A stretch of 64,000 nucleotides of DNA, from assembly GCF_018350175.1 (NCBI RefSeq), contig NC_058369.1:20772001-20836000 (forward strand). The letters are read 5' to 3'. The translations under genes and the position numbers were made by a program. Source of the stretch: Felis catus. Taxonomy: Eukaryota. A model generated the notes under the pieces. That model saw only the letters and a program-made list of their open reading frames with translations, made no database searches and had not been told where the DNA came from. Below, in pieces: positions 12,136-23,868 of this stretch. Position 1 is the first letter of the stretch, and every line of letters starts with the position of its first letter.

Positions 12136-15100
12136 ATTAATTGTAACTTGGTAACAAATATTGAATCTTCTTTATTTTTAGTCTCTGTCTTCCCACTGAA
12201 ACTAAGAAACCCAGAGGACTTTCCATGACTTCCTCTCAAGTAAAGGTGACGAAAATGAAACTTGAGTGTGAAGTGAGACATCTTGTCTCAGGGCCTCTGC
12301 CACCCAGAGTCAGCAATGGCTGTTGCGGCCACCCTACCCCCACCCCTGCAGGATGATCTTTTCCACAGTAAGCCCCTAAAATGGAAAATGCCCAAAGGAT
12401 GTAATGTGGACCGGTGGGGAGAAATCTGAGTACAGAGAATCAAGATGAACTGCCTGAGGTCACAGGAGAGATTTGACCTAGCTTCACTGTGGACCAGCCC
12501 ACAGGGGCGGCACAGCTCTTAAACTGCCCACCAAGTTGTTAAAGGCTGTCGAGAGTCTGGCTTCCACGAAACCAACCCTCTTCTAAGACACATAAGTATC
12601 TGAGCATATTCTGACTCACCTGCTGATAAGAGCCAGACAACAATCTTGGGAAATTCAGAGCCAGAATGGGGGCCAGTGGGAGAAAGGAGAGGCTCCCCTC
12701 CAACACACATAAATTTGGGGTTCAACCCTGCTGTAAACACCCAAAATGCCTTGCCTGTCAAGCATCCCCTTGAATCCATACTTCTACTACTGAAAGCAAA
12801 TGTCAGCCAGAAATCTGTGTTATCAGCAAGAGACCCCAGTCCTCCACACTCACAAACAGATGGAAATCCATAAGGCAAGTGGAAATGGACCCCATCCCCT
12901 GCCTCAACTCTATGACTCTTCCAGGTAAGTGCTTGGGGTGATAACCCAGGACCCCCAGATCCTCAGCATGGGGCAAGATCCAGTGCCAAGACTGGAATCA
13001 GAGCCCAAGAACCCAAGAACCCCTAAGTCAAGCCCCTAAGTCAAGACAGAAATGTGAGAGCAGAAACATGGGTGCGGGAGGTGGTGGGGGCTTCACCCTC
13101 AGAACCAGAACTAGGAAGAAACAGGCCATCCTCAGAGAAGGCTGAGACCTCAGATACTGTTAGCTAACCCAGCCTCCTCCCCCTGGGGACAACTCTAGCA
13201 TTGAGGCTCTGGGGGTCCCAAACACTTTACTTTGAGGAGTCATGGGGGTGGGGAGCACAGAGGACTTGGGTCTCTCATCAGGAAGCACAACAGATTCCTG
13301 CAAGGGTCTAAAACCCTCACTGGACCTCACAAAGACGACCTGCAGAAGGGAGTCAACATCGAAAATTATCTAGGTCAGAATTGCCCCCTTTCCTGCATAT
13401 TGTCTCCCTACTCCAACAATCTCCCCAACTGGGCAGGGGGCTCATCCAGCCCTCAGTCTGACAGAAGAAGGAAGAGGAACATTTTAAAAATAGCTAAAGC
13501 TTGGTGAGCACTTGCCATGTGCCAGGCACAGTTCCAAGTGCCTGCCTGGCATGTACCACCTCGTGAAATCTCATGAAGGAGGGCCTGGTGCCTCCCCATC
13601 TGAGGTTGAGGGAGAAAAGCCCTCGGCCCCTGAACTCAAGGTTACTGTCTGAACTGGAAGGCAGCCAGCCCTGACAACTCAGGAAGTGTTTTTCAGTTTT
13701 CCTGAATTACCTAGAATTCTGCATTCTTCCCCTCCCACCTGCCTAGCACAACCTTCCTTCCCAATTGCATAATGGGCTCTCAGGTATTTGGAGGAAAGGC
13801 AAGAATAAGAGTAAATCAGAATAAATACATCCTTGTTAAAAGTGGTTTAAAAATGCCTCTATGGTTGAAGTAAAAACCAGTCCTATGGTAGCTGGGACTT
13901 GGGAGGCAATGACCAAATCCAAGGCCAGCCAAGACACAGTGGCCCTGATACCTCAGGGATGGCTCCGAAGCACTAACAGCAGGAAGGAGCTAGAACTTGA
14001 GTAGATGAGTACAGGGAGGAAACAGAGAGGCCAGGGCTGCAGCACAGGACAGAGCTAAGCACCAGACCCTTAAAACCCCCAGCACAAGCACCTGCTGCAG
14101 ATGACTCGTGGGGGTCCCACTCTCTGCCCCGACATGAGCCCCTCTGGGAGGCACTCACCTGCTTGCAAGCAGCCCTCCCAACCTCCCTCCGGCCTTGCAG
14201 TATGTCATGGGGAAGAGCATGGAGCTTCCTGCCCACCTCGGCCCAGCTATTAGGCTGGAGTCCTTCCTCTACAGCCTTCCAAGCAGAGAAAGCCCCCCAG
14301 CCACAGCCCTAAACCCTCTCCTCCACAACTCAGCCAAGAACAGAGAGAAAACGGAACCCTTTATTCTCATTCTGGAGGGCTGGGAAATGGCTTGTGCTTT
14401 TCAACATGAAATGTGCCTAAAAATAAGCTGTGAATTTCAACCAGAGGTTGAAAATAGCTCTGGCAGTGAACAGAGCTCTGTTCAGAGTGAGCTCAAGGAT
14501 GGCCTTCATTCCAAGAGTGAGAGCTGAATGCTGCAGCCTGAGCAAGGGTCCTGGGCAGGGGGCTTTCCAGGGCAGAGGGGCCATCACATGCTCGTAGGGC
14601 TGCCCTTGCCATGCTCTGTTGGCGGGCCTGCCTCTGGCTTTAGATTGCCATACTCTACCAGACACAAGGTACCTGGCCTGGTGGCTTCCTAAGACGCCCC
14701 AAATGCCCAGGTGTGTCTCATGCAGCTTTAGGGTCCAAGGGCCAGGGGACAAAAGGAGCTAGAGAGGGAGGGGTCATGAGATCCAAGAGCTCCTGGGGCA
14801 CAGGCCAAGCCAAGCCACCCTGGCCAGCCACCAAACTACTCACTGGTTACTATCTTGGAGCCAGGGAAGCCAGCAGGCAGGAAGGACAAGAACACTCCAA
14901 TTGTAAGTGAAGAATATCAGGTTGCTAAAGGTCTTTTTTTTGTTGTTTACCATCACCTCTGGAAGATTCCAAAGTGTGACAGGCCAAATGACATTTTTAT
15001 AAAATAGACTTCTGCTAGAAATAGGCTAGAGACCCGAGCCACAGCTGCGGGGATAAGCCCAAATCTGGCCCGATCGAGCAGGCTCGGCGTGGCCCACCCT

Positions 15101-15219
15101 CTGTGCCGTCTCCATGCCTCCTGCCACAAGGACATCCCTACCCCCAGGCTCATTCCCACACTCCTCCCGCTTCTGCAGCAGCCTCCCTTATGGGCTCACT
15201 CCTGAGGTAGGAGTTAGTG

Positions 15220-15440
15220 CAGTGATTCTTGACTGGGGGCCATTCTGCCCCCCAGGAGACATTTGGCAATGCCTGAAGACATTTTTGGTTGTCACAAGTA
15301 GGGGGGTGGGGAGATGCTATTGGCAGCTAGTGGGTAGACGCCAGGGATACTGCTAAACACCCTACAATGCACAGGACAGCCCCCACAACAAAGATTTATC
15401 TGTCCCAACGGATGAGCAGTGTCAAGGCTGAGAACCCCTG
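15220..15440. mobile_element. MER20 DNA transposon
   Basis: GACATTTGGCAATG.CTG.AGACATTTTTGGTTGTCACAA and GCTAAACA.CCTACAATGCACAGGACAGCCCCCACAACAAAG match MER20. Confidence 0.88.
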
Positions 15441-16878
15441 GGTTACTGGAGGGACAGTATATGGATAGCTGGAGGGGCAGGGGCTCATCGGATGCACCGG
15501 CTCCTGGCACGTGGCTGCAGAGCACCTGGGCCCCCAGAGGAGCTGAGATGCCCTGGCCAGCCATGGGATCGGTCACCACATCTCAGTGCCACGGAAGCCT
15601 TTGGGCAGGAAAGCTGAGACTATACTCGTCAGCTTCCCTACCCACCATGGGGGCAAACCTAACCACCAGGCGGTGCTGGCTCTTTCAGGCTTGGGAAGAC
15701 CAAAATAACTCTATGGATGGCGGCAGTGATGGCTGTGCAACAACATGAATGTACTTAATGCCACTCAACTGTACGCTTAAAAATGGCTAACAGGAGAAAT
15801 TTTATGTCATGTATATAAAATGCAACAAAACAAACAAAAAATCCCTTAGCTCTCCTCTTGGCCTGGGAGTCCTGAGATCAGACACACTCCTACAAGTGTA
15901 CTCCACATGGTGTGCAAGCTTTGGCATGGGTGTGTGTCTGAATGAGGGCCCATACATCTCTTCAGTGTCCCAAAGGGGCTTGTGACAAATAAGGGAAGAG
16001 CCATAAACAAAGAACAATTTCAGGACTAATAAGTCAAGTCACGGTGTGGGTCAGCAGAGTTCAGCTCTGTCATACATGGGGTCCTCAGAGCCCGCCAAAG
16101 GGGTACGCAGGTCCCATCGTGGAAAACAGAGGTTTGGGAAGAGCAGGTGCTTTGTCTGGGACCAGACGGCTAGGGTTCAGACCCAGTTCTCTGACCCTAG
16201 AGCCCATATCCTTTCCTCTGTTTGAGTACCATGTGGTGATGCCCAGTGGAACTGACTACAGCTCTGTCGTGGGCCTGAAGGTAGTAGGGGAACAAATGGT
16301 TTTCCTGAGCACTGGTGAGCACTGGCATCCCATCCATGCCAAACTGCCCTGTCCTGCTGGCTTCCCCCACCCCGAACACCTTCATGCTAGATGATCAGGC
16401 CCCACAGCTCTGGGATGCAAGGGTGCTCCACACCCCGTATCTGAGCAGGACTGAAGGGACAAGAGGTGGCTTGTCTGAGCTACTTCCCTAATAGCCACAA
16501 GAAAAGGAGCACAGGATTCCCCCCTTGCTGATGGTTACTGACCATTCCCAAGAGACAGGTGGCAGTGCCCTTCCCTGGGATGGGGAAAAGCTGACAGGCA
16601 GCCCTCTGCCACCTGCAGCTTCCAGCTCAGTCAGCCTCGCTCAGAGGGGCCAGCGTGGTGAGTCTGTAGGTCCAGGCATCTGGGGCAAGTGACTAAGCCC
16701 CAGATGTCTCATCTGTGAGTAAGAGTAGTAACTTTGCCCACCCAGCCGGCCAAGGTAGGGGATAAACAGGGCAGCACACATAAAGGCCTTGGCTGGACCT
16801 CCCTATCCTCAACAGATAGGGAACAGATGCTACAGACTCCATAGGATCCCAGTCCTGCAGTTTGAAAAATGCCTTCTA

Positions 16879-17299
16879 GGGGTGTCTGGGTGGCTCAGTT
16901 GGTTGAGCGTCAGACTTCGCCGACTTAAGCTCAGGTCACGATCTTGTGGTTTGTGAGCTTGAGCCCTGCATCAGGCTCACTGCTGTCAGCACAGAACCTG
17001 CTTCGGATCCTGTCCCCTCTCTCTCTCTGTCCCACCCTGCCTTGCACTCTCTCTAAAAAAAGAAACATTTCAGGGGCACTTGGGTGGCTCAGTCGGTTAA
17101 GCGTCCGACTTCGGCTCGGGTCATGATCTCACGGTTCATGGGTTCGAGCCCTGCATCGGGCTCTGTGCTGACAGCTCAGAGCCTGAAGCCTGTTTCAGAT
17201 TCTGTGTCTCCTTCTCTCTATGCCCCTCCCCAACTCATGTTCTGTCTCCCACTGTCTCAAGAATAAATAAACATTAAAAAAAAAAAATTAAAAAAAAAA
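16879..17299 (+). mobile_element. Two tandem CAN-SINEs
   Basis: Heads at 16879 and 17073. Confidence 0.9.
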
Positions 17300-17309
17300 G
17301 AGACATTTC

Positions 17310-17310
17310 G

Positions 17311-17381
<71 letters not shown>

Positions 17382-17568
17382 AAAAGAAAGAAAGAAAGAA
17401 AGAAAAGGAGAGGAAAGAAGGAAGGAAAGGAAAGAAAGGAAAGGAAAGAAAGGAAGGAAAGGAAGGGAGGAAAGGAGGGAAGGAAATGAAGGAAAGGAAA
17501 GGAAAGGAAAGGAAAGGAAAGGAAAGGAAAGGAAAGGAAAGGAAAGGAAAGGGAAGGGAAGGGAAGAA
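17310..17568 (+). repeat. Compound (GAAA)n/(GGAA)n/(GGAAA)n polypurine microsatellite
   Basis: About 260 bp, purine-only apart from one T. Confidence 0.97.
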
Positions 17569-18574
17569 GATAGATGCCTTTCTAGGTAGACCAAACAGCA
17601 GCAAAAAGACCACCATGCAACCCAGTCATACCCCAACAAACCCCAAAGCTAACAATCAGCTATTCATTAGCAAACGTGGAGGAGAACATAACCTCCCAGC
17701 TAAGGCAACCCTTGGAAGAAAACTTTAAATCTCAAGCTGGCCTATTCCTAGAGGGAGCCCCAACACACAGGATGGGTATGTTTAGGGGGGTGTGGGTGTG
17801 TGTGGGTATCTCGCTGGGGTGGGGGATCCCTCTGCTGGAGCCAAAGAAAGCTCAGGATGGACTCAGAGACTTCCTGGTTCTATTCTGGGCCAGCCTTGAG
17901 TTGCTGGGGGCCTTGGGCAAGCCGCTTCCTGTTGTTCAGGCCAGTTTCCGTGGGTGGGAGAGGCTACACTGCCTCTAGGGTCCAGGAGGGAGAGATTCAA
18001 ACAGCTTATGGCCACTGGCACTTAAAACCTTCAGGGCTTCACATCCTTAGCTTTTAAAGCTTATTTCAGCCAAAGCTGAATGCAACTTTATTCAATGAGA
18101 TCATATCAGTTCTCAAACATTTTTTCCCCCAAAATATTTGTCAAAAAATACCATTAACTATCTTAATTCGGGAACACCAAATGGCCTTTTACCGACAAAG
18201 GTACTAAAAATGGCTTGTGGCTGAGGAACTTCCTTTCCATGGTTTAAAAAAAAAAGGGAAGTGAGAGCAACAGGGCTGGGCCTTTCCCATCCGTCCCAGC
18301 TGTGGCCCAGGCCCCACGCCCTCTAGGAACCTCCCGCAGGGTCCTGTGGCCCAAGCCTCAGCAGGGGACAGGTCCTTCCTTTCCTCAACCATCAGTAGCA
18401 TATGCCATGGAAACACCCCCTGACCAAATGGCAGGGGGCCTCGGCACCTGCAGTCCTCACGTCTTGCTTGTTAATTCTAGATTTGAAACAAAGTACAAGC
18501 GCCGAAGTATTATTCACCGTTTGCCATGACCACCAGAGTTTCAGGGCTCAGGACATACCCGCTGAGCCACTTAC

Positions 18575-18673
18575 CAGATTCCTGGAGGAGGTGGCCAGGG
18601 TGGCTGGGGGCCTGTGCACTTTTGTGACTTCTCCATAATCGACAACATCAAAGTTACTCTTCCAAACCATCAC
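18575..18673 (-). CDS. POC1A: POC1A exon 9 ([33 protein letters not shown])
   Basis: CAG/GTAAGT boundaries, 99 nt; end of the WD40 region and start of the linker; translated by hand. Confidence 0.96.
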
Positions 18674-20247
18674 CTGCCAAGACCCACAAGCACAGAGAAT
18701 CAGGAGGAGAAGAACCCTTGCCAGTCCTACTTCATGGAAAATGCGAGCCCAGAGGCCACCTCGAAAGTTCTAGGCCAGTGGCAGGATAGTCCCCACCAGA
18801 CACCCCAGCTCAACTCTGGGACCTGCCCCACCTCCCAGGCTTTCCGGACAGGCCTCGAGAAGACCTGGGTGTGCCATCAGGATGGACTCACTGCATGCTG
18901 CCACGAGGCCTTTGTACTTGCTGGTCCCTCCCTGCCGTGTCCCAGCCCAAGTGTAGCTGTCTCCTCAAGCTAGAGTGTCCTCTTCCACAGCATCTTCTCA
19001 GAGAGCGCTTCCCTGGCCTCCTACTAACTTTTATCATAGCTCTCTACTTATTTCCTCCATAGCATCAAACTTCGTAGTTATTTAATTTCTTTGTCCCTCT
19101 TCCTCATTTATCATCTGTCTCCCCACTAAAATAGAAGCTCCCGAGGGTTGTGGCCTGGCCTGTTACACCAGACCACTGCGGTCAAATTCCCGGCTCTGTC
19201 CCTTACTGTGTGGCTCTAGGCAAGGGATTCAACCTCTCTGTGACTCAGTTTCCCATTTGTGAAAAGGGGATGATCTTCTGACCTCACAGAGACAGCTTGG
19301 CACAGACACTGGTACCCAGGGAGCCATGGGCAACACACCCCTTATTCCACAGTCCACTTGAAGGATTTTCACATCCTAAGGCTCCTCCAACAAAAGCTTG
19401 GCAAACAGCCCTGCTGGGGAGCAAGAACGTTCCTATTGGAGAGAATCAGCCCCATGTGGCTGCCCTCTGCCAGGGTCACTTCCAGTACAGCAGGAATTGT
19501 GGAGCGTGGCCAGTGCTCAAGTGAGACCACAGAAAAGCCCTGTGTCCAGGTAAGACGAAAACTCAGCATAAGCAGGACACTTTCCTGAGGCTGTTTGCCA
19601 CTCCTAGAGAAGCCTACCGTTTACCGCTCCCTGAATCATGGCCATTAAGGTCTCTCATTCCTCCCGCCTACAAACAGAATTAGCACACACCCCCTTGTTC
19701 ACAGGGCCATTTGTAACTGTGCTAGTCTTGAAAAATTCCCGGGAATAGAACAGTATTACGAATGCGAAGATTCAAATGTCTCTCCAAAAAGGCTCTCAGA
19801 GCAGACTTTAATAAAGCAGCCAGGGAGCTGATAGGAGTGGCTGCCTGAGGAGGGCCCAGAGTGGGCGGAAGCCCTACTTTCTACCAGGCTGCCTCTCGTA
19901 CTATGTGACTTTCTTTTACCATGACTATTTCTGGTATGACTCTACTGCACTATTTTCTCTTGCTTAAGCAATGAGCCAGGCCTCCACACCCAGGGACAGC
20001 TCAGGGGTCCCCTTGGTCTTCCTCCTCCCTTGTCTGGTTAGCACAGAAACCAGTGCTGGTGGGGGGAGACACACACTGCCTCTTATCCAAGCCATGCTGA
20101 AATAGCTTCCAACAACCCTCTGCTTTCTTGGCAGAAACTCGACCCGGATTGGTCCACAGGAATGGGGTTGGGGCTCATTGGAAGGCCAATGGGACTTTTC
20201 TGGCTGAGCAGAGCTGTGAGGCCCAGCATCAAGAGAATGAACATTCT

Positions 20248-20685
20248 GGGGGCGCCTGGGTGGCGCAGTCGGTTAAGCGTCCGACTTCAGCCAGGTCACG
20301 ATCTCGCGGTCCGTGAGTTCGAGCCCCGCGTCAGGCTCTGGACTGATGGCTCGGAGCCTGGAGCCTGTTTCCGATTCTGTGTCTCCCTCTCTCTCTGCCC
20401 CTCCTCCGTTCATGCTCTGTCTCTCTCTGTCCCAAAAATAAATAAAAAAAACGTTGAAAAAAAAAAGAGAATGAACATTCTGGGGGCACCTGGGTGGCTC
20501 AGTCGGTTAAGTGTCTGATTCTTGATTTCGTCTCAGGTTGTGTTCTCACGGTTCTTGAGTATGAGACCCGCGTCAGGCTCTGTGCCACCAGCACAGAGCC
20601 TGCTTAGGATTCTCTCACTCTTTCTGCCCCTCTGCCGCTTGCACTCTCTCACTCTCTCAAAAATAAATAAACGTTAAAAAAAAAA
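20248..20685 (+). mobile_element. Young SINEC_Fc (20248-20465) next to an older CAN-SINE (20482-20685)
   Basis: TSD AGAGAATGAACATTCTG around the young copy. Confidence 0.92.
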
Positions 20686-21060
20686 AGAGACAGAGAACAT
20701 TCTGGGCAGGAGGTACCTGGGCTGATGGGCAGAAAGCTTGGGCACACAGGGTGACAAAATGGGACAGGACCTCCTCACACGTGTCTTCTCCCTGCGGCCA
20801 TGCAGTCTGAAAATCTGATCCCTCAAAACTATTTGCAGAATAGGAGCAAAGAGGGCATATGACAGAGGTGGGGGCTCCAGGGCAGCCTGATCTCTGTCAT
20901 CTGCTGAGCCTCAGTTTCCTCATCATACAATGGAGGGACCAGAGGCCCTGTCCACAGGGCCGCCATGAGGATTAAATGAAATATGAAGCTTTTGCCACAT
21001 TGCCCACATTGCCAGGCTATGTATGTATCCCCTAATTATCTCATCAGGAAAATGAAGTTA

Positions 21061-21289
21061 TTTATTTTTTATTTTTATTTTTTTTTCAACGTTTATTTAT
21101 TTTGGGGACAGAGAGAAACAGAGCATGAACAGGGGAGGGGCAGAGAGAGAGGGAGACACAGAATCGGAAACAGGCTCCAGGCTCCGAGCCATCAGCCCAG
21201 AGCCTGACGCGGGGCTCGAACTCACGGACTGCGAGATCGTGACCTGGCTGAAGTCGGACGCTTAACCGACTGCACCACCCAGGCGCCCC
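21061..21289 (-). mobile_element. Young SINEC_Fc
   Basis: Near-consensus reverse complement; flanked by GAAGTTA repeats. Confidence 0.92.
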
Positions 21290-21569
21290 AAAAGAAGTTA
21301 TTAAGAACCTTCATTTTAACTTTTTAATGGCAATGATAGCTCAGGATCCTTCCAACCCATGCTGGTTTGAGCAGTTAGGGTTTTAAGATGCTGCCACGGG
21401 ATCAGCACCCCTAGGAGACCTGCTTTAAGGAGACGAGCACCCTGGGTCTAAGTACCCCACCCCAAGTGCCAGCCTTCATGGTCGCTGAAAGACACCAAGG
21501 AAGCTAGTGAAACCTGGCCCATCCTCAAGATGCTCTGACCTCCTGTTCTCTTCTGATAAGTACCAGTCA

Positions 21570-21668
<99 letters not shown>

Positions 21669-23705
21669 TCAGAACAAACAAACAAGAAAAAACACCAAAG
21701 GTCACCGTAGATGTTAAATGCACAGGAAGAAAACCAGAAGCTCCCGAATGGGAGCAGCAGCAGGACAAAGGGCTAAGGGCCTCATTTAGCCCCTTGTCCT
21801 CCCTCACCTTTGGCAGAGACACCTGCAGAGCTCAGCCGTGAGTGTCACTGCTGAGGCCTCTGCTCCCCACCACCACTGACAGCACAAAGGCCAAGCCAGG
21901 GGGTCATAGGTGGGCAGAAAGCCCTGCTGGGTTGCCATCACTGTGCCCACTTCCCAAGGATAAGATGGAGGTCGGACAAGTACACTGACTTATCCCAGGC
22001 CCAGCACTGGCACCAGAACTTGGGTCCCCCTGGCCCAGGTCGTGCTCCTTCCCGACACCACCCTGCAGCTGACCAGAGAAGTGTGCAGCCCTGAGGAGGA
22101 GCCAATGAGCAGAAACGGGGTGCAGTCAGGGAGCCCAGGTGACACAAGAGGCCAGAATCAGGGTAGGAAGGAGACTGGGGAGGGGGTTATGAAAGGTGTC
22201 TGAACAGAGGAGCAACGAGATGTCTCCCTCTAATGTGCAAATCACTTTCTTTATGTTAGGACCTTTGGGGAAGAAGTACCAGCTCCGGCTTCCCAGGTGC
22301 TGAAGGTCCACATGACCATCGGAAGGGACACGCCAGGCCTGTGCCACGCAGTGCTTTGAGGGCCCGTGAGTTTATCCGGGCTTGGAGCAGGGGCGCATAA
22401 TCCTCTAGTAAAGAGGGAGGGCTCTTCCTCACATGCCTGAAATCTGCTGCAGAAAGATGCACGGAGCAAGAATCTGTTCACACACCACCGTGAACCATCT
22501 CTTCCTCCTGGCCAAACTTTCAGCGTGGCAGTACTTGGCATTCCCAAAGAAAAACCAGATAAAACAGATTCTCTCCTAACTGATGACAGCATGGCCACTA
22601 TTACAAAGGCCACCTCAGTTCCTCCAGACCAGAGCAGGGAGCAGCAAGAGCCCCAACTGCCAAAATGAGATGCCTCCGGCCATGGGGCAGACATAGGAGG
22701 TGGAGCCATGGACAAGAGGAACACTGGGACACACCTCCACGATGCTGGAAAAGACAGAGAAGTTCTGGGCTAAAAAACGGATCTGAAGTCATGGAACGAG
22801 ACCAGCTTCTGCCTGCCCAGAAGAGAGAGACAGGGCAGGTGGAAAGATGCCCCTGGGTACGCTGGGCAGGAAGGAATATGTACCCCCACACTTCCCCATT
22901 GTATCTACGGCCCCTCCTCTCCAAGGTGCCCATAATGAAGGTGGTGAAGAAGAAAGTAAGTACGAGGCCAGCTAACACTAACCTGCACTTACCCACTTCA
23001 CCTTCAGAGGATGGTTTGCACGCTTACCCTTCCTACAGGTGATGCGTCCCAGAGGAGAGACCAAGGCCCAAGAGGTCAGAGACAAAGCCTCCAGCCTGTG
23101 CCTCTCCCCACCTCCTCTCACAGATGGCCTGGGGTTCAGGGCAGTCGGGAGTCCTATATGGCCATCCAATAGGACAAAGGAGATCCATTCTTATGATGGG
23201 GAATGTCAATTACACCAGGGAGTGTGAAATGCCAGGTGCAAGGCATCATGAGCCACAAGTGCAGGGCCAAGTGAGGGAGGGAGCAGATCACGCATCACCC
23301 TAATACTCTTCCGGGTGAACAATCCCCAAGGGTTAACACAGTGGGGTGCGGGATGGAAATTTCAGGTGACTTTCACTTGATTCTTGGAAATCTTTGTTAA
23401 TTCCTCATACTTCGAACTCTTAAACAGTGAGTATATGGTATTGCTATGTTAATATAAACACAAAACAACAAAGCTATTTTCATTTTGAGGAAAAACAAAA
23501 AAGGAAGAGAGAAAAGAGAAGGAAACCAGGACACGCAGTGTCAACAGAGACAGGCTCTTTGCCTGTCCAGAGCTCACTGAGGAATAGCGGGTTTCCAAGA
23601 AGTCAGAGCAACTAAGGAACGAAACAAATATTCATCAGCCAGTCTCCTTTCCTGTTGTCACTCAGCCACCAGATGCCAAGTTGCCGACAAGATTCTGGAG
23701 GCCAA

Positions 23706-23868
23706 GGGCGCCTGGGTGGCTCATTTAGTTAAGTGTCTGACTCTTGATTGTGGCTCAGGTCATGAACTCACGGTACGTGGGATCTAGCCCCATGTCAGGT
23801 TCTGTGCTGACACAGAGTGGAGCCTTTCACTTTCTCTCTCCCTTTCTCAAAATAAGTAAACTTAAAAA
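23706..23868 (+). mobile_element. CAN-SINE (internally shortened)
   Basis: GGGCGCCTGGGTGGCTCA head. Confidence 0.85.

Noticed and set aside
13004..13045. Short direct repeats (CCCAAGAA x2, CCCCTAAGTCAAG x2); similar duplications at ~57033-57064 and ~59028-59059
   Set aside because: Ordinary slippage micro-duplications with no array or spacer structure; not CRISPR-like.
17257..17728. F/L/S-rich and K/E/R-rich ORFs
   Set aside because: Translations of the (GAAA)n microsatellite.
1..18574. Search for the POC1A C-terminal coiled-coil exons
   Set aside because: No matching exon seen. Intron 9 is long and the exons presumably lie left of the window, so this is not evidence of truncation.
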